A DNA stretch of 64,000 bases from Ptychomitrium polyphyllum (Eukaryota). Positions 40,297 to 54,072 of this stretch are shown here, in pieces. The notes beneath the pieces are model-generated. The model did not search any database. It saw only the letters and a program-made list of their open reading frames with translations, and had not been told where the DNA came from. The translations under genes were made by a program, and so were the position numbers. The number at the start of each line of letters is the position of its first letter. Position 1 is the stretch's first letter. The DNA lies in NCBI GenBank assembly GCA_973851085.1, contig OZ316775.1, forward strand, positions 12,276,001 through 12,340,000, written 5' to 3'.

Positions 40297-42061
40297 ATGA
40301 CCATCAACGACAACGCCCCAATCCCGGTAGGTTTCAGGTTTCATCCAACAGACGAGGAGCTCGTGGGCTATTACTTGCACGGCAAAGTTGGACGGTCTCA
40401 GCGGGACCAGCTCATTCAGGAGTTGGATCTCTACAAAATCGAACCCTGGGACCTCCATGGTAAGTATCTACAATGATATCCCTTCCACACTAGAGTTCTC
40501 CTTCAACTGCAAATGTATACGTTGCCGGAATCTTTCTAATGATCATTTCAGAGAATATATTAGTTCATGAGACGATATTCAGGAATTGTTTGAAACGACG
40601 TTTAGAACTAAGTAGATTCTAGAAATGCACTTTCATAGGCCATGAGGAATGAAGGTCTTGTACGTATGAAATCACTGGTGGTACTTACTGACGTCGTGTG
40701 TTGTATGCCGTGATGGCAGAGGTGTGCCGGATCGGGGACGACGCGCCGGAGAACCAGAGCGACTGGTACTTTTTCAGCCACAAGGACAAGAAGTACCCAA
40801 CGGGCAATCGTGCCAACCGCGCCACCACCGCCGGGTTCTGGAAAGCCACAGGGCGCGACAAGCCCATCCACACGCAGCGCCGCGTGATCGGCATGCGCAA
40901 GACGCTCGTGTTTTACAAGGGGCGCGCCCCCCACGGTCAGAAAACCGACTGGATCATGCACGAGTTCCGCCTCGACGACGGCCCAGGCGTCGTTCCCAAC
41001 TACGTGAGCATGCACCCCATCTTCATATTAAAACTATAATCATTATGCTTCTATTTTTCACATTAATTATTAGTTTTTCGTGGAAGGTAGAAAAAAGCAG
41101 TACAATAGGATTAATACAGAAATTGCTTTCCTTTACTGAAGAATTACATGCAGCTATCTATTCTTGATCTTGTCACTCTTGAGTCTAGACTGTACTGCAT
41201 GCGAGAGTAAAGAGTAGATCCCATTAGCTGCTGAATAGTTTTGTCATGTGTCTTTTACAATACTTTTAATATGAATTTGATTAACTAATTTTCTTCAAGC
41301 GATTATATTTGAGCATTGGACACGGCTAATGATGTATATATGTGCAGGAATCAGATGGCTGGGTGGTATGTCGCGTCTTCAGGAAAACGAAGAACTTCAA
41401 GACCAAAAGCCAAGAGACGTCGTGTTCGTTCGAGGACGACCAGCACGCTGGCAACCTGCTGCCAGAGCTCATGAGCTCAACAGTAGTTCCTCCGAAGCTC
41501 TTGTTCACCACCGACGCAGCCAACCCTGCCCATCTGCACCACCACCACCACTTCAACTTCACGTGCAAGCAGGAGATCAGTGTGGACGACTACGGGACGT
41601 CTAACAACCTCCAAGATACCCCGGCAGGTCCTGCCAGCAGCTTCCACATCCACCAAGATCCCAGCCTACACCATCTGCAAGACCAGCTGCACCGCATCAA
41701 TGCCCTGGCTACATGCTCGTCGTCCACGTTCCGCACGCTCACCACCAGCGCTAGATCCTCATCCCGAGTCATCGACCACGGGGAATATTCTGTCGTGCCC
41801 TTGATCAACGTCGAGTCGGCATCCTTAAAAGACTTCGACGACGCTCGCTCCAGCCTCACGCATGAGACGTCGGAGCCGTGCTTCCCTGTCTTGCAGAACA
41901 ATTCGGATTACTGGCGCCTGGAAGGAAGTACTCGCCGCGATCAGACGCTCGCAGATGTTACGTGCCATGTGGGGCATCTGAAGCGGCAGACAGCTCAAGA
42001 CCATTTGTCTTCGTCCAACCATGAAAATATAAACGTGGTTCATCTCTGGAACAATGTATAG
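40297..42061 (+). CDS. VNS: NAC transcription factor, VND/NST/SMB (VNS) subfamily. Exons 40297-40459, 40720-41003, 41348-42061; 386 aa.
   Basis: NAC subdomains [76 protein letters not shown], and GWVVCRVF. C-terminal LPELMS is LP-box-like. Canonical GT-AG introns keep the frame (1161 nt). Paralogue number cannot be determined. Confidence 0.95.
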
Positions 42062-42963
42062 TACGAAAAATCAAAACAAACATTTAGGCGGTTATGTAAG
42101 TGCATCACCTCAGAGTGGTTTTGTTTTAGTTGGATCTCAGGGATATTAATCTAGCTGCCTGTAGATTGAGCTGGACTCACCAGGGGGACGAATGTATGAA
42201 TAAGAGCAATGAATTCATGCCGCAAGGAGGTCAGCGCTCATGATCATGATCAGACAGATTTTAATCAAATTAATTGCTACATCACTAGGACATGGAAGTG
42301 ATCCGTTTTAACTGAGCTGAGAAAGAAAAACTGCTGCAGGGCGAATTTACAGCGTGAACTTTCAAACTGATATTCAAGGTGACCCAACTGACCTACGGAG
42401 AGACCTATGGATGGTGCCGGGATGCTCAGAAACTTAGGGGTAGTCAAATTTAAAATTGTCACCTTTGTACAATGGTGCTTATAATGTCATTCGAATGACG
42501 TGTCAAGTTGTCCTGATTTACATTGGAATTTGCATTTGCTGTTAGTTCCCGTAGCTCGTGCATTCTTGTCATTTATGAGGCCGCGAGGATGGATTCCATG
42601 TTTAGTAATCATACCTGCAATTGAGAGCCTTATTATCGCTGCTCCAACTCATGTGCTTATCCTCGAAGCCGAGGAGACTTTAATTCTGTGTAAATTGAAA
42701 AGAAAATGACATCAATAAAAAGTGTTAACACATGTATATTCGATGCCAGCTTCATCCGTAGTTTGGGCTTGAATAGATTTCATTACTATTTACACGCTGC
42801 ACTTCTAGTAATATGTAATGTTGGCTCAACTATTTCCAAGAAGGAAAGTAACTACGTCGAATGCTCACGGTTTGCAGTAGTATCCACATACATTTTGTCT
42901 AGAACAACCCAACTGGTACACAACAATGAAATTGCATTTTACTAATCTCTTCGAACAATACTG

Positions 42964-44920
42964 TTACACTCTTATGCAATTCAACAACGAGTTGCTCACC
43001 AACCAGCTTATCTCAGAATTCACTCTACTAGAAAAAGAAGTGAAGCATACATTTTCCACGCTTACATCTTTGAATCTTGAAGGCAAGTCGGGCAGAAACA
43101 CCAGACAAGAAACCTTCAACACACTCCACCACAGCCAGCACGAGTAGATCACAGGCCATCAGCAGTACTGAACTTGGGCTAATTGTTGATGCCTTGAGGG
43201 ACATAAGTTAATATCTCTGAGGTGATTATAGAGGAGGCAATCAATGTAAGAGATCTAAGCTGGTGATGTATGTATATGTCGGCGCTGTCAATCGAGGTTC
43301 ACAGATTCCCAGAACATCATGCTCTGGCAGCAGGAATAGTTACAGTTATGATGGGCATCGGCAAAGATGGAGGAATGCTGTTGCGGAAGAACTGAATTGA
43401 ATCTCACGGCAGCTTCATTGCATGCACTTGCTTCCTTGAGAGAAGAGATATATCAAGTGCCTGGCCTGGCGGCACTCACAAGCTTGGCTGTTACGTCTGT
43501 AGAGGTTGCTGTACCTGGCAACTATCAGCTGCTGGAGCATTAGAAAACACATCGAAAGCAGCTGATCTTTTGTTGAGATCTTACTTTACCTTTGAGTCCC
43601 TCGGACGCCACCCAACTGGGCAGAGAGGCAGGCACCAGGGAGTGGTGTCGTCTCCTTGACCCTGACAAGTGGAGCCCTGGCATATACAAGTTTCTGATAT
43701 TCAAATTGCGGTATGAAGGTAGCTGCTTGAAGGGCGATTGAAATAAATTAGTACGAACTACATCAGGATTGCCTAACTTTACAAAAATTCCAATATTCCA
43801 ATTTTATCCTCATCTGCAAAGCCGTCAGAGTCGTACTAACTTTTGTACGGCAATGTGAGCCCAAGTAAACTGAAAAATAATCCTCAAGCTGGCCGGCCAA
43901 TTTGATAGTTCGTGACTCGCGCGTGAGTGAACATGCATAGCTGCTGCATTCTTTTAACCGGTACTAATGTTTAATACTGTTAAATGTTTTTTGTAGGGCT
44001 GGTTTTGAGCTGTGACAGAGTTTACAAGGCGTCAAAATGTGTGAAGGTTGTATTATGCTGCATGAAGGTAGCTGCTTGAAGGGCGATTGGGACATGGAAC
44101 AACAATATCAGCAATCATATGAAGAGGGTCACAATCACCGTCTGAAGTGAAAGCATTTGAATCGTAATTTGGAGTGAGTAGCTGCAGTGATGGCGCTGGC
44201 TGCATGAACTGGTCCATGTCATCCAGGACAAGAAGGCGCTGGCGCAATATTTTGCTATGATTTCATAAAGCTGGACCCTGGAGGCGTTTTTGTCACGGCA
44301 AACAGCGACAAGAGTACCCTCCAATCGTAGTCCTTACCCTATTCTTACCAGGGTGGGCTGGTCGATCAGCTCAGAAATACTTGCATTTTATGATGGGACA
44401 CCTCTGCAACTAAAATTCACTACAGCTGTAGAACCAGGCTTCATGAAAGCAACTGCCACGCTGTAAGGCACAACGTCAGTATGCACTGCAAGATCAATAT
44501 GTGCAGCTCAGCTTATCCGGATAAGCATCGAATACCCCAAGATTTCAAAGTATTAAACGCTATAAATCAATTCGTAACATAATACTTTTGCATTGTAAAT
44601 CATTCAATGAAGCTTCTTAGTTAGCCGAATATGCATACTCGACCTCTAATTCGATCATGTTTGAAAGATATATTCAGGCTGATTCCAAGGCTGTAAATTC
44701 AACCTCGAGTGAGTGGGAAGCTGTATGTTCGCTATGATATGAGGACCAAGTGCACATGCGTAAGATCCATGTTCAAAGGGCGAATGTATTGGCACTCTAC
44801 AAGTGTGCCGGAAATTCTTCTTCCGGATTTCTGCAAACAGCTCCCAGGTGGCTTCAAGTTAATCAACGGTCGTGGTCTGTCATTAATCCTTGGACGCCTG
44901 TCGCGGAGGTTACTCATTTA
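42964..44920 (-). pseudogene. Degenerate NB-ARC/LRR (NLR) relic
   Basis: LRQRLLVLDDMDQ (kinase-2/Walker B, about 44247-44209). TLVAVCRD lies after a scrambled P-loop-like stretch (about 44345-44295). LRR-like LTYVPQGINN*PK (about 43211-43173) and CLVFLPDLPSRFKDVSVENVC (about 43108-43045). Motif order is correct, but with stops, frameshifts and large deletions. Confidence 0.5.
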
Positions 44921-46389
44921 GTGGTCACCAACTAATCTTTGTGATTCATGAGCTGCAAAGTTGCAAACAAGTTTGTGCAGGACGAAATATAGTCCAGTGT
45001 ATACTGTACACCATTCTCATTGATGGTAATGACATGTCCGTACCAAGGATTTTGTACCAGTATTGTATTTACTTTGCAAACTAAAAACCAAAATTTTGAG
45101 AGTTTGTTCCAGAAAGATAAATAAATTTTCAATGATCAATTGGGACATAGTGTTCTTCAAGGATTGAAATAATTCATTCTCACTTTGGAAAAGTAGGAAA
45201 TTAATAAAAAATGATAGTGATAACATGTTGCATAGAATGCACAAAAGCATGAATCTAATTTTATGACTTGATGTACAAACTCCCTCAATCTTTTGTAAAA
45301 CAAAGTAGTCATTATAGAATGGTACCTTTAGATGACAAAATTATTCTTTTGAGAGAGTATTACTAAAGAATGTTATGAGGAAGTTTGAATCCAAGTATAA
45401 TAGAAATTATATGAATTGTTATTATTCAAATAATAATAAATTTTCAATTGGTTTTTAGTTTTTATTAAAGATCTATAGCATTATAAACTTTGTGATGGTA
45501 AAGATTATTATGGAGTTTGAATATAAAATAAATTTATTAATGTTAACATTTTGGAGCATACCTATATAATTAGAAAATAAATACAATTTTGATGTAAACA
45601 AATTAAATCAATCAATATGGATATAAAAACCTTCTTGTATTCAATAGACAAGATATAGGATTGAAATATAGATAAATAAACTATAGTGTTGAGTTTTTTT
45701 ATGAATATTTTGGATGAATTTTATTTGTTTAATTTTGATGTCTTATCATTTAATTCATCAACTCTAATTTATTTTTTTAATAAAATTAAGATATTAGGAA
45801 AAATATTAGTTATACCATTTCATGCTTTATAACATATGTTTTCACAATAAACTATAAAATAGTCTTTTATCCAATTTGCACACAACATATTAATAAAAGA
45901 ATATATTCTTGAATTATTCAAATTCATTTTCAAGAAAAGTTTTAGATTTGTTCAAATGAGCAAATGTAAAGTTATAAAATATTCAAACTACCAAAATCTT
46001 TCATATAAGAAGAATTTTTAAATCATGAAATTTTGAGGTCATTTCTTTTTTCTTCCATTTTCTCACATTCTTTTTCTATTCCTTCTTATTCTTTGTTTTT
46101 CTTCAAAAAGTAATTCTAATTTATTTCCATATATAATAAAAAGATACATGTTGTATTCCTAATTGGAATAATATAAAGTTCAAAATAGGATTTTCCTGAT
46201 TTTTTTTTAATTTTTAAAATATTTTTATATAAAATACTTTAATATTTAATATTTATACACACACATACATACATACATGTAAGCCTTCAAATTATTAATC
46301 TTATAATTCTTCCATTGGTTTTTTCTTATTGATTGTACTTATGATCATACTTTTTTTTTTCTTTTGTCATAAAAACATTTTGAAGTAGA

Positions 46390-47040
46390 TGTTCACATTA
46401 AAAAAAATCAATAAATCTAATTTCATACTAATATAGTGTTCTTAAACAAAAGCTTGGACTATTACATAATAAGATTTCTTAATCAATAATTCTAATTTCA
46501 CACTAATATAGTATTTCTAAATAAACATGTTTTTTCAAATGCATCACAAGTTTGCTTAGAAAATCTTCTTATATAACCGCCATAACAACTCTAATTGCTT
46601 TTACCACTAGCTAAGTCCTAGCAACTACATAAATCCATATTACATTTTTTTAATCCTAGCCTCCATTTCCTATATGGCCTATTCCTTAACATCCCTTTGA
46701 CCACTAGTAATCTATGAAGCTTAAGTCATGTACATGGTAACTTCAATGTGGATTATTCTATAAGTTCCACTCTTTTCAACACTCCTACTTTGGTATTGGT
46801 CAAAGAACCTTCAATCCAATTGACCTCATTAATAAGAGGTGTCTATCCTTCACTAATGCTTTTGTAAAACAATCAATAAGCATTCCCTCCATTGTACAAT
46901 ACTTCATATCTATCACTTTATTTTCAATTTTCTCTTTTATAAAGTAAAGTTGGATGTCAAATCATTTTGTTTGTGAGTGATGTTTGGAAATCTTAGTAAA
47001 GACAAGACATCCTTAGTTGTCAACATGGATGGTCTTTCCG
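46390..47040 (-). mobile_element. Copia LTR-retrotransposon 3' fragment (RNase H, PPT, 3' LTR)
   Basis: Minus strand reads IHVDN*GCLVFTKISKHHSQTK*FDIQLYFIKEKIENKVIDMKYCTMEGMLIDCFTKALVKDRH, matching the Copia RNase H DNQ...RTKHID...AD.LTK pattern. It is followed by purine-rich aaagtaggag and TGTTG at 46781. Distal LTR end approximate. Confidence 0.85.
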
Positions 47041-47299
47041 ATAATGATTTGCATAATTTTTGTATCAATTTTAAACTTATTGTAATTGGAAAGCAAGTTC
47101 TAGGTGGATTTTAGCAAGTTGAGTTGTAAAGTCCTTTGCTACAACACTACCTTCATTCTTCACTTGAAATGGATTTGCTCAAGAATGATGGCCATGATTT
47201 ACAAAGAACAGAGTTTGTATTATGGAATCATGCATTGTATTGTTGTATGCAAAATGCATCAATGGTAAGGAATCCATCCATTAAGAATGGCGTTGCATG

Positions 47300-47688
47300 T
47301 ATTATGGTCACAAATCATGCAACATAGTCTTTAATATCTTCAAGAACTTTTATATATTTTTTGGTAGCTTCTTAGATTATTTTCAATGTTTTTTGAAAAA
47401 GGTTCCATCTTCTTTAGAAATCTTTTAGGAAGATTCCATAGACTTCTACAACATTCTTTAAGCTTTATAAGAAGCTTGGTTGGAGATATTTTTAAAATTA
47501 CAAGTATCATGGTCTAAATAGGAGGCTAAACAAGATATACCTTAGTCTTGCTGACACAAATTGTGTTACATATAGTATTGTACCCTTGCTCTAGCCTTTG
47601 TATTAATTCTTGTTAATGATTAGCTCTTTGGAAGCTAATTCTTGGAAACCACTTCATTTCCGCTTCATCTTCTATAATACACCTAATA
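47300..47688 (+). mobile_element. Old Gypsy LTR (family B) followed by a leader fragment
   Basis: Diverged reverse complement of the solo LTRs at 52584 and 54397. No TSD. The leader motif tagaggttgagagttaccct (about 47780) is shared with the other elements' leaders. Confidence 0.75.
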
Positions 47689-50600
47689 TTTGCAAGGCTA
47701 TTCTTCATTATTAATAAAGATATGGTTTCTTTTATGCAAAGAGGGAATTTTCCATCTTCTTAAGGATTCTAAAGCATCTTAGAGGTTGAGAGTTACCCTT
47801 ATCTTAGTTGACACTATAAAATGATTTCTCCTTTTAAAAACAAGTGCTATTTTTTTTGAAGAAGGACTAATCTTTTAAAGGACGCAAATTATTCTTTTTG
47901 AAGATAATGATAGTTTTTTTGTCTCTCATTTTTACTGACATACATATTAGAAGCATCTAAAAAGGTTCCTAGAAGGTTTAGAGAGCTTCCAAAGAAGTTA
48001 GCTTTGATTAGGAAGCTTCTAAAGAGTTACTTCAATTTAAAAGGCTTCTAAGGAGAGTTACCCTAGATTACAAAGCGTCCAAAGAAGCAATTCCAAGTTA
48101 CTTGAGTACAAATTAATGTACTAAAAGCTTCTCAAAAAGCTTCCAACGCTTGTACTCTTAGTATATATAGTAGTCAAGGTTGAAGGAATCTTCAATCTCA
48201 ATAATGCATCTTTTCTAGTCTACCTTAGACCTTTTGGCATTGTCTTTGTATCTTGTTATAGCTCTTTATTTCTAATATATTGTGAACATACTTTGTTCCA
48301 TATCTTGAAGTCCTAAAGCCTTGTCTTGTCATTAATTTGTCGATAACAGTTTATCAAAACTGTCATACAATAATATTACAGCTTGATCTTTCTTGATAGA
48401 GAGTAGAACCCCACTCTTTTTGAAAGTACTATATCGCTCTAGAGGTTGCGGATCACCCTCTTTTAAGCTGATATTGCCTCTTTAATCTTCCTTAGTTTTT
48501 ATTTAATTAATAATTTTTATTTTGTTTTCATACTAAGAGATGAACAAATCAATATAAATGATTTAAAAGAAGCCAAATTAGATTCTATTATCAATGCCTT
48601 TAAAGTATTAAGGAAAAAAATTAAGACCTTATTCAAGCAAAATGAAAAACTTTATTTAACCATACATAATGGCTACATTCAAAATTTCAAGGCTTTTTAA
48701 ATCAAGTTCAACTTGTTATCTTGCTTTAGCCTTTACAATATCCTACAAACGTTTCATGCATTGGTTTGGTGGAAACATTGGTATTAAGACAAGTATTGTC
48801 TTTGTTTGTACTATTTTTAAAAGAATTCTCCTATATCTAGCAACTTTAATGTGTTTCTAACCGTGTTTGCTAAAGCATTTGGTGACCATGACAAACTCCG
48901 TTTAGCACTCACTGAGATTTTTGCCTTGCGCCAAGGACCACATTCATGTCAATTTATGCATCAAATTTTTGATAACTTGCATGCAATATTAATTGGAAAA
49001 AAAAAGCGTTAATGAGTCAATTTCATTGGAACGTATATGACAAGGTTAAAGATTTGTTGGTATCCATGCTAGATCTCAAAACACTTAATGAAGCCATCAC
49101 TTAAGTTTTAAAGTGCAATAATTGTCTATTTCAACTTTGGCAAGATAAAGATGCTTTAATTACGCCACCGCCATATACTAATTTCTTAGTAACCTTGGCT
49201 TTATCCACCTCTAATAAATATTTGGAAGCAAAAGCCATGCAAATTGATGCGGTTTGCTTCAAGCTCCTTATTGAAGATGGAAAGAAGTGACAAAGAGAGC
49301 AACAATTGTATTTGTATTGTGGAAAACCTAGTCACAAGGTTGATGACTATCTAGAAAATTTCCTACATATATATTAGATGAAGTGTATGATTACAATGCC
49401 AAATGCTTTACAAAAAAAATGAGAACATTCAGCCATAATAAAAACTATAAGGCTAAACCCACTTCCTTTGCAAGAAAAAAAATATCATGTATTTTTAGTC
49501 CACCATTTTTCTTGGTTTACTATATTTGTTTGTTTAGATATTCAAAAGCTTAAAAGCCTTGTTTTGTTAGATTTGGATGCCTTTGCTTACTTTATTACTT
49601 AATTTTATTTGAAAATCCATAAGTTTCTTTTTATTAAAAAATCCCAACCGGTCCATATGGAAGTTATAGATGGTCAACTTTTAGAGATGTTATTTATAAG
49701 ACCAATCCATTAAAGGTAATTTTAGACAACCATAGTAGCCAAATAATGTTTAATGTCATTAAATCTCCTTTAAGCCTCATCATTATAAGGCTTTTTTGGT
49801 TGGAAAAGTATAACCCGCACATCTTTTAGGCATCTCACAAAACAAAATTTCCAATATTAGAACCTATAACTATTAAGCTTAAAGAAGAAATTCATACATC
49901 TCACAAACACATAGCTATAAAACTTTTCGTTATTGGAGCTAGAACATTTAAGATGGCAACAAAGAAGATTTGTTAAATATGCACCAAATTATTACTGTCT
50001 TCTATAGGTCTCCTTCTTTGATGCGCACCAAGATTGTTCCTATAAACGTGCCATTGACTTCTAAAATGATGCTCAACCACCATTTGGACCTATTTAAAAC
50101 TTATTTTAGAACAAGCTTTTGGCATTAAGAGAGTATATTGATGAAAACTTAGCCAAGAACTTTATTTGGTATTCAAAATCTCTTGCTGGTGCTTTGATAT
50201 TTTTTATAAAAAAGAAAGATGGATTTCTAAAAATATGTGTTGATTACCACAACCTTAACAAGGTAATGGTGAAGAACCAATATCCATTGCAACTGATATC
50301 TGGACTTCTTAATCAACTTAGCCAAGCAAAGATTTATATCAAAATAGACCTGCAAGGAGCCTAGAATTTGGTGTGCATTAAAAAAATACACCAATAGAAG
50401 ATGGCATTTTAAACAAGGTATGGACATTTTGAATATAATGTCATGCCTTTTGGACTTTTCAACGCACCCGCCATTTTCCAACATCTAATGAATGATATAT
50501 TTTGGAAGTACTTCAATGATTTTGTCATATGCTATTTGGATGATATTTTGATTTATTTAAAGAACTAAGAAAAGCATGAACAACAGGTCTGCATAGTCTT

Positions 50601-52583
50601 ACAAAAACTACAAGATGTTGATTTGTATACTGAGCTGGAAAAATGTGTTTTCCACAAATTTCAAGTAGAATTCTTTGGCTATATCATCTCAAACAAAGGA
50701 CTATTGATGGAATTGAAGAAGGTTGAAGCAACAAGTAATTACACAAGGTGAAAATCAGTAGATAATGTTTTCTTGGATTTGCAAACTTCTATAGGATTTT
50801 TATCAAGGACTATACTTAAAGAGCTGCACTATTAACTTGGCTAATATGCAAAAAAAAGCTTAAATAATGACTTGTTGTTGAGAATGCATTTCAAAATTTG
50901 AAACGAGCTTTTACCACAGCCCCTATTCTAATCCATTTAGATATTTTAAAGCCATCTTTTATGGAGACATGTGCTTCCAACTTTGCATTAAAAGTACTAT
51001 TATATTAATTAAGATAAGAAAAGAGGCTCTGCCCAATTGTATTTCATTTAAAAAAAATTTAGCTAGAAAAATTAAGTATGGGATTTATGACAAGGAATTC
51101 CTTGCAACTATCAATTCCTTCCAAAAATGGCGTCACTTGCTTGAAGATGCCGCGCATCCAATTATTGTATATTATAAACCACAAGAACCTTGAATGTTTT
51201 ATGTTAGTCTGTATTTTGATTTGCCACCAAGCTTGTTGGAATATATCTCTATCTTGATTTGATTTCTACATCACGTATTCATCGAAAAAACAACAAAGGT
51301 TGTCAGATGCTTTCTCAAGGCGGCCATATCTTACGCCAACGGAGGAAAAGACAACATGCAATCAACAACAAATAACTTTATTGAAGCCTAAACAATTTTG
51401 TATATACACAACCACCATTTCAACTTCGGTGGATTCATCATTCCTTGACCAGGTTTATGTGGCATCTACTAATGACCTTTTTTTTTCTTAATATCAAGTG
51501 TCATTCCAACAACCTTTTTAAAGATGTATCTAAGTTCAAATTTGAGGATAACCTTCTATATATTCTTGAAGGACTAGTCTGCTATTGTATAATTCAAACA
51601 TGTCATGATTTTCTTACGGTTGGGCATTTTGGATTTAATAAGACTTTAAAACTCTTCTCAAGAAATTTTTGGTGGCTTCAAATATAAAAGGCAGTTTAGG
51701 AGTTCATACTCTTATGTGATACATACTCTCAATTGAAGAATCCTTGATACCGCCCATATAGACTTCTCCAACCACTGCCTACTTCAAGGCAACCGTGGTC
51801 ATTTATTTCTATGGATTTCATCACATGTTTTCCACTGTCAAATTCTTTTGATACCATCTTTGTTGTGGTAGACTAATTAACTAAGATGGCACATTTTGTA
51901 CCTTGCAAGAAGACAATTACGGATAAAGAAATTGCCACACTTTTTATAAATAATCTCTACTGCTACCATGGACTGCCTAACAATATTATATTGGATCGTG
52001 GGCTATAATTTATATCAAGATTTTGGAAGGTACTATTTAACATCCTTAAATTGGACATAAAACTTTCTTTTGCCTTTTATCTTTAAATCCATGGCCAAAT
52101 AGTGCAAATCAACCAAATCTTGGAGCAATATATGAGGTGTATCATCAACTATCAATAAGATGATTGGACTTCCTATTTGACATTGGTTGGTTTTACTTAC
52201 AACAACATTGCTCATGCTTCCACCCAAAAAATGCCATTCTACTCCAATTATGGACATCATTTAAAGATGGATATCCTACAACCTCTAAAATAAGAGAATC
52301 TACTAATAAAGGAATTTTTTACAAGGGTGGCAGAGTTTTATGCAACCATGAAGACTCAACTAGAAGAAGCTCAAGAACAATACAAAAATAGCAGTAGATG
52401 CAACAAAAAAGAACAACCTCCATTTAAAGTTGGTAAGAAAGAGTGGCTCCTTTAACACAATATAAGGACCAACAATCCATGTGACAAGTTGGACTATTGA
52501 AATTTGGGACCATTTGCAATTCAAAAACAAATCAACAACTTGATATATTGCTTGGAATCACCAACATCAATGAAGGTACATTT

Positions 52584-53228
52584 TGTTAGGGACACAAGAA
52601 ACAAGAAGCAGAAACAAAGTGTTTCCCAAGAATTGGCTTCCAAAGGGCTAATGATTAACAAAAACTTGATACAAATACTAGAACAAGGCAGGATTCAAGA
52701 TGATCCACAACTTGTATTGGCAAGACTAAAGAATATCTTGTCTTGCTTCCTATTTATACTATGACGTTTGTATCTCCTAGGATACTTCTAAAGAAGCTTC
52801 TTACAAAGCTTAAGAATATTCTGGAAGTCTAGAGAACCTTCCCAAGAAGTTTCCTAAGACATTGGAACCTTCCTAAGAAGCTTCCAAGGAGTTCAAACCT
52901 TCTATGGAAGTTTCCTTAGGTAGCGGGACCTTCTTAGAAAGTTTCCTAAAGAGGTAGAACCTTCCTAAGAAGTTTCTTAAGGTGGTAGAACTTTTCTAAG
53001 AAATTTCCTAAGATGATGGAATTTTCATAGGAAATTTCCTAAGAAGTTATCTGAGATGACAGAGCCTTCCTAGGAAGTTTCTTAAGATGGAGGAACTTTC
53101 CTAGGAAACTTCCTAAAAATATGGAAGATTATGAAGACATTTAAAAGTATTCTAAGAAGCTATTATAGTATATTAGAAGGTTTCTAGAATGTTCTAACGA
53201 CTATGTTGCATGATCTATGTCCGTGACA
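52584..53228 (-). mobile_element. Solo LTR (family B) inserted in the integrase C-terminal region of element 1
   Basis: TG...CA ends (tgttaggg...ccgtgaca). Flanks cattt / cattc. Removal restores MKVHSIFHVSFLEP. Confidence 0.92.
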
Positions 53229-54072
53229 CATTCAATCTTCCATGTTTCATTTTTAGAGCCTATAAAGATTTAATTATTCTTAAATAAAGAGAGTTTTCAT
53301 TACCTGTGGTCAAAATTGACAATCATTATGAATTTGAAAAAAAAAAAGTGCTTGCTTTATAGATACAATGTGGAATGTTGGATTACTTGGTCCATTGGCG
53401 CAAATATGACATCAACCAACACATATAAGAGCCAGCTAAGAATCATGCCAATTCACCAATAAAAATTCGTGTATTTCATTCACAACATCCATCCGAATAA
53501 ACAGTAACAACATAAAAAATAAAGGATTGTTACAATTGCGTGACCTTGAAGATTCTTTATTGGACTTTTATATAGGAAAGGAAGCAATTCCTAGACCATA
53601 AGTTTCCAAAGTCCCATACTTGATTAAAAATCTAAGCCTTTGCATATTGAACTTATCATAGTTCTTTGAAATTCATTTGGTATATTAGATATAGGCGGAA
53701 AAAACGCAGATATTATGCTAGTGGTGTCAATCCAACCAAGTAGCTTGCGACACATTGTGATAAAGAACACGTTGAAAGATACCTAACAAAAAAATGTTGG
53801 TGATTGTCTTTAAAGTAGAATTAGCTTAGGAGGACATTCAGAAGCCGTATTTGAAGGACGCTTTTACAACAAAGATACGGAAGTTCATACTTGATCCAAA
53901 GTAAAAGGAGTTGGACACCATCAATGGTTACAAAAATCCATAAACCATTTGAATCGTGAAAAACAGTTGGAGTATGTTGTAGACACCAAGCGACAAATTT
54001 TTGACTTCCTCAGATTCTGAGTACTAAGTGCAACATACTTCTTAGAGATTTCAGAGCTAGAAGAAGAGATGA

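Noticed and set aside
40608..42043. Overlapping alternative-frame and antisense ORFs in the NAC gene
   Set aside because: These are shadows of GC-rich codon usage.
52780..53130. Periodic ~20-bp repeats as a CRISPR-like array
   Set aside because: They are degenerate LTR subrepeats without unique spacers, in a eukaryotic context with no cas genes.
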